The translations under genes and the position numbers were made by a program. A stretch of 63,937 nucleotides of DNA, counting the filler, from Dugesia japonica (lineage: Eukaryota), in assembly GCA_001938525.1 (NCBI GenBank). It is 6 parts of 6 records of this genome, joined end to end, with 100 filler letters (N's around TTAATTAATTAA, not from the genome) between each part and the next. Parts side by side here need not be neighbours in the genome. Positions count along the whole stretch, not along the records: positions 1 to 13,920 come from MQRL01583861.1; 5 more parts are not named here. The stretch is one strand, 5' to 3'. The notes beneath the pieces were generated by a model. It was not told the origin of the DNA. It was given only the letters and a program-made list of their open reading frames with translations, and ran no database searches. How positions within the stretch are numbered: the stretch's first letter is position 1; every line of letters begins with the position of its first letter. This document shows, piece after piece, positions 1 through 12,811 of this stretch.

Positions 1-61
<61 letters not shown>

Positions 62-88
62 TATAATAATAATTATAATAATAATAAT
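1..88. repeat. (AAT)n microsatellite
   Basis: Near-perfect AAT array read directly. Confidence 0.98.
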
Positions 89-347
89 TCGCATCATATT
101 CTTAGTTTTCTAAAAAAACGATTTTATTTCCACAAACTCTTAGAAATATTGTTTTAAATAAATCAATTCCAATGATGATATCTTTCTTACTAATATATAT
201 GAAAAAATCAAAAATAATGTTTATTTTAGAAAATGAATGAAATTTGTGGAATAAATAAATATTTAGAAAATCTAGATCTTATGCCACCAAGAAGAAAGAA
301 GAAGATATGATCTGATCACAACTCATAGTAAGGTTAATGCTATATGG

Positions 348-631
348 TAAAGTTTCTCAAACTATTTTGGTTCGCAGCGCTCTTAGTATATAAAACTTTT
401 TTCTACGGTGCCCCAAATCAAAATATTGGTTTATTATTATGGATTAAATATATCTTTCTCAGTTATTTATTCGTATAATTTGTAGTTTGGTGTGTCACAA
501 CAGATTAGTATCATAAGTCAGTAATTTTTTATTCGTTCTTTGAATTTATTTTTATTATAAAAGATGTCTAAAATTAGACCTTTTCGTGGCGCCCCTATCA
601 CACAGCTGAAGCACACAGTTTGAGAACCCCC
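348..631. mobile_element. hAT (Charlie-like) MITE
   Basis: Inverted ends GTTTCTCAAACT / AGTTTGAGAAC; perfect 8-bp TSD CTATATGG at 340-347 and 632-639. Confidence 0.8.
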
Positions 632-899
632 CTATATGGAATTGTTTACTAAATCTATTTGAAAAAAATTCTGAAAAACTAGATAAAAAGAAAACAAGAA
701 ATTTCCCAAGATAGGAATTTATCAATTCCATATGTCAGAATATGATGTAAGTCATAAACTCTTAAATTATGAAATACAATTGTTACTTCATGTTACTCGC
801 TTGATTTTCAAATCATACTGGATTCCTATTACTTACATTCCTAGTCTTTACTATTTTATCTAGTTTTAATATGAATTAATTATAGATTTTTCTAGTTTG

Positions 900-2062
900 G
901 GGTTAAATGAATTTTCATAAAACAAAGAAAAAGAAACTTTAACAGCAAAAGTTATATTTAAATTCCAACTTTACTTGTGGTAAATTAATTTAACAATCAA
1001 TAGAACTAACGTGGTCTGAATCCCGATCCGGACAAGCACAATGTCGTGATATTTATTTCTTTCATGGTTAATAGTGTTAATAATATTGGGTTTAAGCCGG
1101 AAACTGTTGTACGACCAAATTAAATAAAACAATTACCGTTGATGAATTTGTTCTAAGGATTTTTGTTGGAGGTTTGGTTTGAATATGAATTTTCACTTCA
1201 GAATTTTTTTAAGAGTTAATTTTTGTCTGAAATTGAAACGGTATTTATACTGTTTTTCTTTAAACCCTCGTTCTTTTATTGGTTACTTAACATCATACGA
1301 TTTTTCTATATGTTTCTATTGGCTTGATGGTCACATGATGTCTTTTTATTGGTGCTTATTTTGGGATTGCAAAATTATTGGTCAACCTTTGTATCTTCTT
1401 TCCTAGTCTTGCTATACTTTTTTAACTTAGATTTACGAAATCTCCGATTTTTTTTTATCAGAATTTTCTTAATTGCTAGATTTTCCACCCTGGAAAGTTG
1501 TCGTTTTTGCCATATTTCACTAAATATTTAATTTTCTTTTAAAAATAAATTATTTTAATTTGTTCGATTTATTTTATTTAAATAAATAAATTATTTATTT
1601 TATTTTCTTCTTAATTAATAATTTGATGTTAATTTTTTTGTTTCCTGCTCTGGAATTAATTTAAGTTCGTCGTTTTATCTTTCATTAATTAATTTAATTA
1701 ATTCCTTTAATTTATTTTCTCTTTCTCCAATTATTAGTTCAAAATGATTTTCTTAGAATTTTGCCCAATGAACTAATTGTTATTCATTATTTCTTTATCT
1801 GGCTGATAGCTTCTATTACTTCTTTTCTTCTTTTTGGTTTTCTTATTTTTGAGTTGTTTCTTGCTGTAACTTTAGATTTTCCTGGTTATTACGTTGGTTT
1901 TAACTACCAATCTTGGTTTTTCTTTTAATTATTTCTTTCTTTCAATGAACTGTGACTTTTCTTTGTTTGGATACTTTGTTTCCTCATTTGGTGACTACCT
2001 TTTCACTTTCGTCTTTAACTGCCACCATTTTTATTCTTCGTACTAGATGTTTCACCCCAACA
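900..2062 (-). mobile_element. Long-LTR family fragment (5' end, U3-like promoter region)
   Basis: Minus strand begins TGTTGGGGTGAAACA at 2062, the same terminus as copies at 25472, 40143, 44993 and 63879. Similar to 16900-17650 and 18490-18750. Left boundary approximate. Confidence 0.75.
1242..1381 (-). promoter_or_regulatory. Four-CCAAT plus TATA promoter module in long LTR
   Basis: ATTGG on plus at 1278, 1318, 1348 and 1377, with TATAAATA (minus) at 1242-1249. Same layout at 17309, 17348, 17378 and 17406 with TATAAATA near 17272. Confidence 0.55.
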
Positions 2063-3229
2063 CTTTACTTGATTTTTTATTATTTTCTATGGTTTATATG
2101 ACTCTTTAAATGTCGAATAATAATAATTATTATAATAATATTATAACTTACATAGGTAAAAATAATAATTATATTAGTAATATTGAGGATATTGATTAGT
2201 ATAATTGAATCAATCAAATTAATTAATTAAAAACACGTGTATATTGATAACTTAAGGTATAAACAAATTACGTTGTGTTCATTTTTCAAATTTTTTAAAA
2301 TTTCCTTTTGAATATGAATCCAGTGAAGAGAAAAAACTATATAGTATTTTTGATTTTTAATTAATTTAATTTGAATATTTTTAGAACAATGAAAACGTTA
2401 AGAACAGCAATAATTTTATACATAATGAAATGTAGATGAATCAGAAATTGAATCGGAATTTTATGATAAACCAAGAAATCATTGCTGATATTATGAACCA
2501 TGACAATTTTATACAAAATGGTAAAGTAATGAATTTAAAAGCAGTTTAGTTATTTTAAATTTTTAAATGAAATCATTTTGAAAAAATAATTAATTTTAAC
2601 TTTATTAATTATTTTTTTAATTTAATTTGATAATTAAACGTATTAATTTTCATNATACTTTAAATTTTTAAAATAGAAGTTGAATTTATTAACTAATTTC
2701 ATTTTATAATTCATTTCATAATTGAAGTTTTGATTTAATTGTTATGATCATTTTTTAATTTGTAAATTTAAATTTAATTTATATTAATAAGTTTTATGTT
2801 AAATAAGTAATGATTTAATAATTTATTTAAATAGGTTTTAGATTTAACTTATTTATTAAGACTTGTTAATGTTAATATTTATTTATAAACTATTTTATAT
2901 ACCTATAAACATTATATAATTAACAAGTTACTTTTATAGAAATTTGCACCATGTATGCACATTATTGCGTTAATCAAAGACATAATGAAGATTGTTACGA
3001 TAAAATGGAGAAATGTTATGCTATTTTTCATTACGGAAAGAAATGCTACATGTGAAACATTGAGTTTAAGCCCATACAATGCATTTTATAAGGCTCATAC
3101 ATACCATTTATCGCAATTTAATAAATATAATAAGAAAGAATTATTACTTAAAATTCTTAATAATGATGAAATAGGTGCTCTATCCTGTAAAAAAAATTTA
3201 ACTTGAGGTTAAACATACAAGCGTTAATG

Positions 3230-4520
3230 AAGATGAAAATTTTGTTGCTCCATTTGTTGATCTGACTGTTGATACAGTTAATTATCCAACTGTTGATCTA
3301 GTTGGTTGCTTTATGGATTTTGTTGAGAAAATAGGTCATGAAGTGATGATTTCTGAAGATGAGGAAATAACTGGAGATAACCTGTATAATATTCAAGTAG
3401 GTGGTTCCGTTGATGAAACTGTAATTGAAACCAACTTGTATCGCTGGCATCAAATATTGAAGCTGGAGGTTTCAAGATTCAATTTGACTGAGATAATTCT
3501 ACCTTTTAATTTGATCCAGAGCTTTTTTAAGATAATTGATGAAATTAAGCTTGCTAAGATCCAGTTTGGAACTCGTATGGAATTTGATATGGATTATGAG
3601 GTTAAGACCTGTAGATTATCGAATAGTGCTGTTCTTTTGTCTGAAAACTTTTCAAAGAAGGTATCAAACGATTAAATGAGAAGATTATAGAAAGGTTAAA
3701 GTATGAAGTAGTTGGATTCTTAGTAAAATATTAGACATAAACTTTACTATAACTACAGTCAGTGACATAAGTAGGCTGACGCAAAATAGTTCAATCTCAA
3801 CGCTTGAAAACCTTATAAAAAAACTCCTATTCTTAATATTAAAAACAAAGACAATATTTGCTTCATTTATAGTATTATTGCTAAACTTAAAAAATATGAA
3901 GTTGGAAGAAATAATAAAATAGAGCTTCAAAATTTATATGTTTAGAACACAAGATTCTTTCATAAATGTTTTTCTATTAAAATTCCAAATAATAATTACA
4001 AAAATGATAATATTTAAACAAAGTTTATATCGATTTATAACTGATATATAACTACTCTGTCTTCTAATATGAGTTTCAATCTTCTTCAGCCATTCCAATC
4101 TACTGGGTTTGAGTTTTTCTGCAAAGTCTATAAGGACCTGGTATGGGCTTTCAAACTTAATTATTTTAAATGGACCTTCATATCTTAAACTGTCTTTCTT
4201 CAGCTTGTGTGGATCCACCCTTACCAATACTTTCTCGGCTTCATTAACTTGTCTATATGTTCATCTGTCAAATTTATATTTGCTTAACTTTTTATGAAAA
4301 TAAATTCTTTATTGCTTCAAGATAGAGAAAAATATCATTACACTGCAGTAATGAATTTAAAAACGATTTTTTGAATTGGTTTAAGAATAATATTGCTTAT
4401 GAGAAGCATGAACCACTTTGTAATAGAATTCAAACTGGTAATACGTTGTATACAATGCCTTCTGAGAAAGAAGTATTATTTGGGAATTACTCTAAAACTG
4501 TGACTCTTTCATTCGTAATT
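3230..4520 (+). pseudogene. N-terminal part of a Polinton/Maverick-type protein-primed DNA polymerase B (decayed, interrupted)
   Basis: Motifs across frames: SSWILSKILDINFTI, ILNIKNKDNICFIYSIIA, LLLQDREKYHY, FKNNIAYEKHEPLC and LFGNYSKTVTLSFVI. These match the GSGW / INIxNxDNxCF / HY / FxN...PFVI(YADFE) pattern that precedes the pPolB exonuclease. Truncated just before ExoI. Confidence 0.6.
3934..4290 (-). mobile_element. Ty3/Gypsy integrase C-terminal fragment
   Basis: VRVDPHKLKKDSLRYEGPFKIIK contains the GPF/GPY motif; it interrupts the pPolB remnant. Confidence 0.7.
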
Positions 4521-5391
4521 TTATTTTTATTTAATTTTATTTTTATGTTAGAGTTTCCCTATTACGATTGGGACCTATTTATTCCCGATAGGCTTGCCGT
4601 TCCATGGCGTCTCAATGTCTCTCGTCGGCCGCATCCTTAGAAGATAAATTTGATTTGTCAGCTAATATGCCAGCTAATTTATTATACGGGTTTGTATAAA
4701 GTTTAAATATCATCCGGTTGGTCTGCTTATCCAACACTAACTTTTATTTATAGTCAACCCCTAAATAAGATTTTAACTTGAACAATTTAAAAGAAATTGA
4801 ATGATTAAAAACATGTATTCGAGCAAACAGAACATCAATTAAAACTAAAAACTTCAATTAATAGCAACACTAGATAAAGAAAATGTTAATTAAGTCTCCT
4901 CATCTAAATCCACAGTGGACGACAATGATAATGGGTAAAATTCCTCAAAACAAATTAAATATGTTTTGCCGGGAGAGAGTATCAGGTCCAGGGCCAAAAA
5001 GTGGCCGATCAGCTGTCTACAGCGTGTTCTTTTTCTCTCCTGCGGGATGTATCGTAGTACATTGATCAAGATACTTGACATTATACTGTATTAAACTGAA
5101 TTAACTATGGAATCCGATAAGTTAAGATAAGCCCAGGAATTAATTAATATTGTAAAACTGAAAGCATTTATTCAGGGAAGTATACGCACCACAATTTTCG
5201 GGGTTAATTAAAAGTAATAATCATTTAAGGCATTAATACTATTATATCTAGTTTATCTGCAACGGGAAATACGATAATAGATTTTCAATTTTTCTTTTGT
5301 CCACTAAAATCTAATAAATACACCTTGTGTAACGGGAATTGTTACAAACTCCTGGTATCAAAATTAACCTTTTGTATAATAACTTTATAAG
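4520..5391 (-). mobile_element. Long-LTR family fragment carrying ORF-A and a remnant of ORF-B
   Basis: ORF 4890-5081 is homologous to ORF-A copies at 39 kb, 43 kb and 61 kb. MERQAYRE*IGPNR near 4570-4615 resembles ORF-B RERQRYQTWTGPDR. Probably continues at 12028-12752. Confidence 0.65.
4890..5081 (-). CDS. Long-LTR orphan ORF-A (63 aa, intact)
   Basis: MSSILINVLRYIPQERKRTRCRQLIGHFL...; acceptor cag|tataATG directly upstream; homologs at 38932-39136, 43062-43247 and 61164. Confidence 0.6.
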   Translation of the reverse strand: MSSILINVLRYIPQERKRTRCRQLIGHFLALDLILSPGKTYLICFEEFYPLSLSSTVDLDEET

Positions 5392-5579
5392 TATGAGGAA
5401 ATAATGATTAATTAATAATTTAATCGAATAGAAATTGTGTTAAATAAATATTAATATTGAAATGCTTGTATGTCAATATTATTTATATTATGAAACATGT
5501 GTTGTAGTAAAATATATGAGGTCTCAAAATATTAGTAGTGGTTTGCAAAATGAATTACTAATTGAAGAGTTACCTAACA
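5392..5579 (+). repeat. 5' LTR
   Basis: Matches 11858-12027; ends in CA immediately before the PBS. Confidence 0.9.
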
Positions 5580-5592
5580 TGGTGGCAGCGGT
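5580..5592 (+). promoter_or_regulatory. Primer-binding site (tRNA-Leu type)
   Basis: TGGTGGCAGCGGT is complementary to the 3' end of eukaryotic tRNA-Leu (...ACCGCTGCCA-CCA). Confidence 0.75.
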
Positions 5593-5620
5593 AAATACCG
5601 ATTATATTACAGAGAAGTGA

Positions 5621-6520
5621 TTGTCTAATGTGTTCTGTATAGGAGATGATATTGAAAAATTCATCAAGCGGAGTGATTTGTATTTTGAAGCTAAAAGCAT
5701 CACTCATGGGAAACAACAGGAGAGATTAGTTTCGTGTTTGTTAGATAAATATTTGTTAGAAGAATATGCAAAGACGTTGAAAAAAGTTGAAGGTTTTCAG
5801 GCTTGTTTACGTATGGCATTTGAGAAAAAGAAAGATGTTATCAAAGATTTTCAAAATTTGAATAACTACAGCCGTGGAAATGAAGACATTCAAGTTTCTT
5901 TTAAAAATTTAAAGGATTTAGTAAAAGGATTATTTACAAATAAAGATTTTACTGAAGAAACAATGGTAGCAAATATGCTAGTATATTGTTCAGATAACAA
6001 AAAAGTTGAAGAAAAAGTGACTTTGCGGAAACGAGAGAATATAGAAGAAATTGAAGCAATGACGTTAGTAGATCGAGTAGAGAAAAACAGAGATCAAGTT
6101 GATGCTGTTAGAAGTTACGCGAGAATTACAAATCGAAATTATCAGCAACGGATAAATCGTACAGTAAATAGACATGTGGAACAAAGAAAGGAAAAACAAA
6201 ATATCGAATGTTGGTCATGTCATAAGATCAGTCAGACTAAAGCAAATTATCCAACAAAAAAAGTGGTAGAGGGCTGAAGTTGTCATAAAATAGGACATAT
6301 AAGTCGAGATTGTCTAACTAAAAAACTAACAAAATGTTTTGGTTGTGGAAAGGTTGATCATATTAGAAAGTTATGTCAATAAGTGAGGTGTAAACGATGT
6401 GGTAATGGCGAACATAGAGCAGAAGAGTGCTACACAAATTTGAAAACAAAAAGAACAAGTGAGAAATTTATGACTACAGAAAGATCAAGAAACCAATATA
6501 ATCAAGTACATGCGATTTAA
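5621..6520 (+). pseudogene. gag: Gag with tandem CCHC zinc knuckles
   Basis: ORF 5621-6277 continues through stops; knuckles CWSCHKISQ, SCHKIGHISRDC, CFGCGKVDHIRKLC and CKRCGNGEHRAEEC. Confidence 0.88.
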
Positions 6521-6585
6521 GATGAGGATATCAGTACAAACGATGGATATGAGGAAGTATATGAAAGCGTTTTTGAAAGGCAGTA

Positions 6586-6628
6586 CCCAAAAGGCAGGGC
6601 TCCACCAGTAGAGGAGTTGGTTGGAGCC
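6586..6628 (+). promoter_or_regulatory. Putative -1 ribosomal frameshift signal at gag/pol junction
   Basis: CCCAAAA heptamer, 5-nt spacer, then stem GGCTCCA...TGGAGCC; conserved at 26595-26637. Confidence 0.55.
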
Positions 6629-8497
6629 ATTCATTGTTAAATAAAGTTAGTAATTATCCTCAAGGGTTCGAAAAGTGGGATGATATAGGAAAGATTACAA
6701 AATAAGTATACAGGTGCTTAAAGAGGGAAAATCTTTCGGATGAGAGGAATGAAAAATGGCTTGGAATAGTTAAAGCGGAAAAGGAAAACAAATATTTCGT
6801 ACCATAAATTGCAAGGAAGACCAAATGTTATGGTATCAATTCAAGGAATTAACGTGATGAGTTTGAGTTGTTTTAATAAATTACGAGAAGTAAATTTAGA
6901 AATGAGTGATGAAAGANNNNNNNNNNNNNNNNNNNNNNNNNNNNNNNNNNNNNNNNNNNNNNNNNNNNNNNNNNTTGATGAAGTTTGCAAAGAGATTACT
7001 TTCTTAGTTGCTGAAAGAGTAACACCAGATCTGATAGGGGGAATAGATTTGAAGAAGATTTTTGGATACCAGCTTATGCGAAAGGTCGATAGCAAAACGG
7101 ATAAAAAATTGAAAATTTCACTTGCAATATTAAAGCGAAATTTGGAAGACAAATTAAAAAAGGAGTCCGATTTACAAGAGCCTTAAATATTTTGAAGATT
7201 AAAGCGGATCAACAGTTTTTGAAAATAATTTAAAGAAAAGAAGATGCGCTTATGGCAGATAAATAGAATGTAGGACGCACACATCTGATAAGACAGAAAA
7301 TAATCACAAGTGGTGAACCAATCAATGTAACACCGTATAGACAACCAATGAACTTAGAATCTAAAATTGAAGACGCTATCCAAAACCTTTTTGAGAATAA
7401 TATTATCCGGAAATGCAACTCTCCATAGAATACCACACTGGTATGTGTTTGGAAAAAGGAAAAGAAGGACATAAGAATATGCTTGGACTTTAGACAATTG
7501 AATGCAGTAACGAAAANACAAGCCTTTCCTATGCTTAATGTCGATGAAATGCTGGACAAGTTAGATGGAGCTAAATATTTCAGTTCAATAGATTTAGGAA
7601 ACACATACTATCAGATACAGCTCGAAGAAGAATCTCAAGAACAATACGGCGTTTTCAACGAAGCACGGGCAATATTGTTTTAATAGAATGCCATTTAGAA
7701 TCGCAGTGGCACCAGGGGCATTTCAAGAGATGACAGCAAAAGTGGTAGGCAGAATCAATGGAGCTATGGTTTGTTTTGATGACAATAAAGATCAACACTT
7801 TGAAGTAATTGACAGAATATTGACGGAAATAATGAAGACTGGTCAAAGAATTAATCCAGAGAAGTGTGAGTTTCTTCAAAACTAAATCAGGTTTCATGGA
7901 CACATAATTAGCAGGTATAGTGTTAGAACTGATACGTCTGAAATAAAAGCAATAAGAACATTTAGTAAACCTAACTGTGTGAAGAAGTTACGAATTTTCT
8001 TGGGAATTTGTAATTATTACAGGAAGTTTATAGCAAATGACGCAAGAAAATCAAAGATATTAGAGCAGTTGTGTAGCAAACCCAGCAACAAGAAATTAGA
8101 ATAAACAGATGAAATAAACGATACTTTAGAGGGTCTTCAAAAATCTCTAATGACTGCATCAATATTGTGTTTTCTGGACATAAACAAAGAATTTAGATTA
8201 GATACGGATGCCAGTTTTGATACGATTGGAGAAGTATTGCCACAGAGCGATAAAGAAGGAAGAGAAAGAATTGTTGCATATGGATAATACTCAATGACAA
8301 GTCATGAAAATGGATATTGCATTACACGAAAAGAGTTATTGGCTGTTTATTATGTTTGTATACATTTCAAACATTACTTGTACGGTAGAAGATTTACTCT
8401 TAGAACAGATCACAAAGCTCTAACCTTCATAATGACGACGAAGAAACCAATTACGTCACAATTTCAGACATGGATTAATTATCTGAGCAGTTTAGAT

Positions 8498-10698
8498 TAG
8501 AGACTTGCAAATCCAAAGATTTGATTCGGATTCGATTCGAAAATATTTTGGATTCGTTTCGAATCCAAATCCAAAATATGCCCCTTTTCATTGAAAAGTT
8601 AATAATAAAATTGAATTCATATTTTAATTTTATCGTCTTTTATTGTTTGCAAATATTTTTTTGAATACAAANTAATGTCCAAATTATTATTTATGCATGA
8701 TAATAAAGCATATTTGTTTGTATTTATACTAAATTTAAATTTATTGATACTCCCGGCATTTTGATCTTTACCAACTTTTTTGATCTCTAAGGAATGTTTT
8801 ATGATGTCACACTTCACTAAATCAAAAGATGAGAAATATTAACAATTTAAAAAGTGTGACAAAAAGTATGTAGTCAATGATGGTGGAACTATTTCTCATC
8901 TATAAAAGCACATCCGTGATTTTCACGCTGAAATTTACACCACTCTTCAAGTAGAAAAGCAGACCACTATTAAGAATGATTCAGTCGAAACAAGTCAATC
9001 TAGCTTGGTCAATTTTTTTAAAAATCCTTTATCAAATAAATTCAAACATAAATTTGATGAAGCTATTTTAGATTTCATAGTTATGGATGGTCGACCATTT
9101 GAAACAGTTGCTGAAATTGGATATCAGAATATTATACACTACCACACCCAATTACATTATCCAGAAGATTATCTTTGTCTATTGTAAATAAGAAATTATT
9201 ATTTACTAAGGAAATCAAATCTCAACTTGAATCTACAAAGTATCATGTAACTTTTGACTATTGGTGTGCATCTAATTATTCTAATTTTCTTGTTATCACA
9301 ATTCAGTTTATTAGTAAGGAATGGAATTTTATTAAAAGATGAATATCAGTTATTAATTTGGAAGATTTAGATGCCAATCATACCGCTGCATCTACCGCTG
9401 GTATAGTCATAAAAAGAATTGGAAGCATTTGGATTGAGAATTGAGAAATGTTTTTTTGCTACAACTGAAACTACGAATACGATGTCATGTACTGCTGAAT
9501 TAATGGGGATTCAATGGCATGGATGTTGCGCGCACAAATTGCAACTCTGTATCAAAGCCTCGTTTGATGATGAAATAGCCATCAAAGATTTAACTAAAGT
9601 GGTTCGACGAATTTGTGGAATTAGTCATTCATCCACTGTTGCCAAAGATTTCTTGCACGGTAATCAGTTGAGGAAAAATATGCAAATATCTATGCCTTCT
9701 ATTGATGTTCGTACTAGATTTAATAGTACGTACCTATTAATGGATTGGCTTAATTTGATTATTGTTGCCGTTACAACATGTATAATGGAAGTTGTAGCCA
9801 GCAAAAGAGTTTCACTCAATATTCCAGCCTTGCCTATCAATATGCAAGAAACAATATTGAGCGAATAATTTGATTTTTTAACTGGTTTTAATGAATGTAC
9901 AAATAATTTTAGTTCCGATAAAAGTATTACCATTTCACAAATTATTCCATGCATATCATCTTTATTAGTTAAGGTGGAAAATTTATTTGTGGTAGCTTCA
10001 AAATGATTCAAAGGAAATTTGATTTCAGATATTCATCATAATTTTAATTTAAATTCTGATTATTTAATAACGGCTTCATTTCTCGATCCACGTATTAAAT
10101 GCTCTTATTCTTCAGAAAACGACACAGATAGAATTAAGAAATATATTAAAAACAATATTTTAGATTCACTTGAAATCACTGCATCAAATATCATTCATCC
10201 TGCACAAAATAGTATAATATCCAATTACTATCCTAGTTGACGATACCAATGCTTCGTCTATTTTTGATATTATTAACAAAAAAAATTAAATTGTCAAGCA
10301 ATTTCAGTAAAATTCAAAAACAGCAAATGTCAGAAGTTGATTTATTTAATAACAAATTTGATATTTATGTGAAGACTTCTTTCATCCTAATGAATTGCCC
10401 GCCATTAACATTTTGAAAAGATAATGAAAAGAATTTCCCGAGACTCTCATCGGCTGCAAAACAAATATTATAAATCCAGGCAACCAATTGTTTATCAGAA
10501 CGAGTCAAATCAATTGGAGCCCAAATTTTTTATGATAAATGAAAGCAACTTTCAAATTACAATGCTGCTGCTTTTATCTGGGGGAAAATAAATTCAAAGT
10601 TTAATACTGAATAAAAAATTAATTTTTTTCTGGTTTATTTTTTAAAGATTAGATTAAAATTCGATACGATTTAAAAATAGATGATTCGCAGGGCCCTA
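8498..10698 (+). mobile_element. hAT DNA transposon (autonomous-type, decayed)
   Basis: Perfect 8-bp TSD GTTTAGAT (8490-8497 and 10699-10706); imperfect TIRs TAGAGACTTGCAAATC / GATTCGCAGGGCCCTA; GATTCG subterminal repeats; RNase H reads through as WINYLSSLD|VVFEYRK when the element is removed. Confidence 0.95.
8800..10610 (+). pseudogene. hAT transposase
   Basis: BED-finger remnant (KCDKKY...SHL*KH...H), DGRPFETV, TFDYW, CCAHKLQL, DVRTRFNSTYLL, ASFLDPRIK and C-terminal dimerisation remnant (FPRLS...QATNCLSERV). Multiple frameshifts. Confidence 0.9.
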
Positions 10699-11857
10699 GT
10701 TTAGATGTGGTTTTCGAATATAGAAAAGTAATTCAAAATGTTAATGTAGATATGTTATATATACCAAGATGTGAAGTATTTGTACAATGTCAAATGTCAC
10801 ATTAAGATGCCAAGAAAGGGAAGATTAAAACTAGAATACTGAACATATTTGAAAAGGAAAAAGAAGATCAGTTAAACATTTCTGTGGAAACATTTTTGAT
10901 CAAGAAAATGAAAATTCCGGATGACAAACTACATGAAACAATAAAAGAAATACATAAATTATTATATCATGCAGGAGTTGAAAAGGTATATGAATATATG
11001 AGAAACAAATATATTGCAAAGTATTTGTAGAGCCAAATACAGAAGATAGTTCGTAGTTGTGAAATTTGGCAGAAGACCAAAGTAGTGACAGCAGCAACTA
11101 AAGAGAAGGCAAAGAATTAGGAATCTACCAAGTTATTTGAAGTGATTTTCACAGATATATGTAAGCCAATGCGGAAAACAAGGGAATAAATAAAATACAT
11201 TCTTGGACCAGTACAGTAAATATCTGTTTCTTATACCATTGCCTAGACAAGACGAGGAAACAATACAAAAAGCTATTTTTAAAGAGTGGATATTGAGATT
11301 TGGATGTCCAAGAGAGATAAAATTAGATTGTGGAAAATCTTTTGAATTCAGAGTTATGAGAGAGTTTGCACTGAAACTAGATATTAAACTTTGCTTTTCG
11401 AGTCCCTATCATCATAATGCCAAAGGACAAATTGAGAGACAGTTCAGGACAATTCGAGATTTAATTAATGCAATACTTCAGGATGGAAAGACAGCAGATT
11501 GTGCAGATCTTTTACCGGAAATAAAATTTACAATGAAGGCAACAAAACTGAAGACAACTGGAAAGAGTCCGGATGAAATTGTTTTTGGAAAGAAAATTAG
11601 CAGAGAAAAATGGTGAGAGTCAGACGTTTTAGATGGAACTAAAAAAAACATTTCAGAGGTGATTACTGAAAGAGAATTCAAGGTGAACAACTTAGTACTC
11701 ATCAAAGTAGAAACTAGAAATAAAAGTCAAAACACATTTAAAGGACATTGTCGAATATTTGAGAAAATTTATGAAAGGCGGTATGCGATACAAAAAGAAA
11801 ATGTACAGCGATTAGAAATAAATGTGGAAAAACTCAGAAGCTTCTTAAGAAGGGGGA

Positions 11858-12027
11858 TATGAGGAAATAATTATTAATTTCACCCAATAGAAATTGAGTT
11901 ATATAAATATTAATATTGAAATACTTGTATTTCAATATTATTTATATTATGAAACATGTGTTGTAGTAGTAAAATAAATATTGTCTGAAAATATTAGCAG
12001 TGATTTGTTAAAATCACTCGCCTAACA
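11858..12027 (+). repeat. 3' LTR
   Basis: Follows the PPT; matches the 5' LTR. Confidence 0.9.
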
Positions 12028-12752
12028 TGATAATTAGGTTGTGAAAAATGACCAATTTTTTGACTAAAATTCGGGGGTTTATATACTTCTTTGCTTAGCA
12101 CTACTGCTAAAATATGACTAACTTCAAATTTTAAATCTGGTTTCCTTTGTTCGTATTTGTCTATGATATGGTTTTCAGATTTTTTATGTAAATTTTGTTT
12201 ATTCTATTGTTGCCTATTTTTGGGACACCTTGTGATTCTTGCTTTTTTGTTTTTACGTATTTTTAGGCTGTCATTGGCCCAACCTTTACAGCCTTTTTTC
12301 TGACTCTTTCGAAGGTGTCATTATTTTCTTAGTAACATCATTCAATTACTTTGATTAAGAGCTTCTACGTTTTTTACAGCTCAATGATTTTTGATGTTCC
12401 AAACAAAGGTTATTCTTTTTTTCCGATTTCTGATGCAACTAAGTCTCTTTTTCTGCAATAACTAATTAATTTTCTTTCGCTATTTCTAATTATATTTTTA
12501 ATAATATTTCAATTAATTTTGATTAAAAATTATGACTTTCTTAATTGTGGTTGATTATTATTATTAACTTTTATTATTTTTTATCGCTTCTTTAATCTTC
12601 TGATCTACTTTTGATTCGTTATTTACGATTAATTATCAAAATGAGAATTATTATTAATTAGCTCTTCTACTTCATTTTATTTTTTCTTAATTGACCAAAG
12701 TTTAGACCCTTTAGTTTTAATTTCTTCTCTAATCATGTGTATTACCCTAACA
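12028..12752 (-). mobile_element. Long-LTR family 5' part (variant terminus)
   Basis: Minus strand begins TGTTAGGGTAATACAC at 12752, related to TGTTGGGGTGAAACAC; internal similarity to 1700-1850. Confidence 0.55.
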
Positions 12753-12811
12753 ATATCACTAAAGCTTGCAAAAAGGAAAAAGTGCAAAAATTTAAACCGT
12801 AAAAATATTAA

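Larger units (their letters stand above)
6600..11862 (+). pseudogene. pol: Pol (protease, RT, RNase H, integrase), fragmented and split by hAT insertion
   Basis: CLDFRQLNAVTK, YFSSIDLGNTYYQI, MPF, LDTDAS, ELLAVYY...FKHYLYGRRFTLRTDH, SPYHHNAKGQIERQFRTI. Confidence 0.92.
5392..12027 (+). mobile_element. Full-length decayed Ty3/Gypsy LTR retrotransposon
   Basis: Direct-repeat LTRs at 5392-5579 and 11858-12027 (TATGAGGAAATAA...CCTAACA), PBS, gag, PR-RT-RH-IN order, and PPT AAGAAGGGGGA before the 3' LTR. No clear TSD. Confidence 0.95.
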
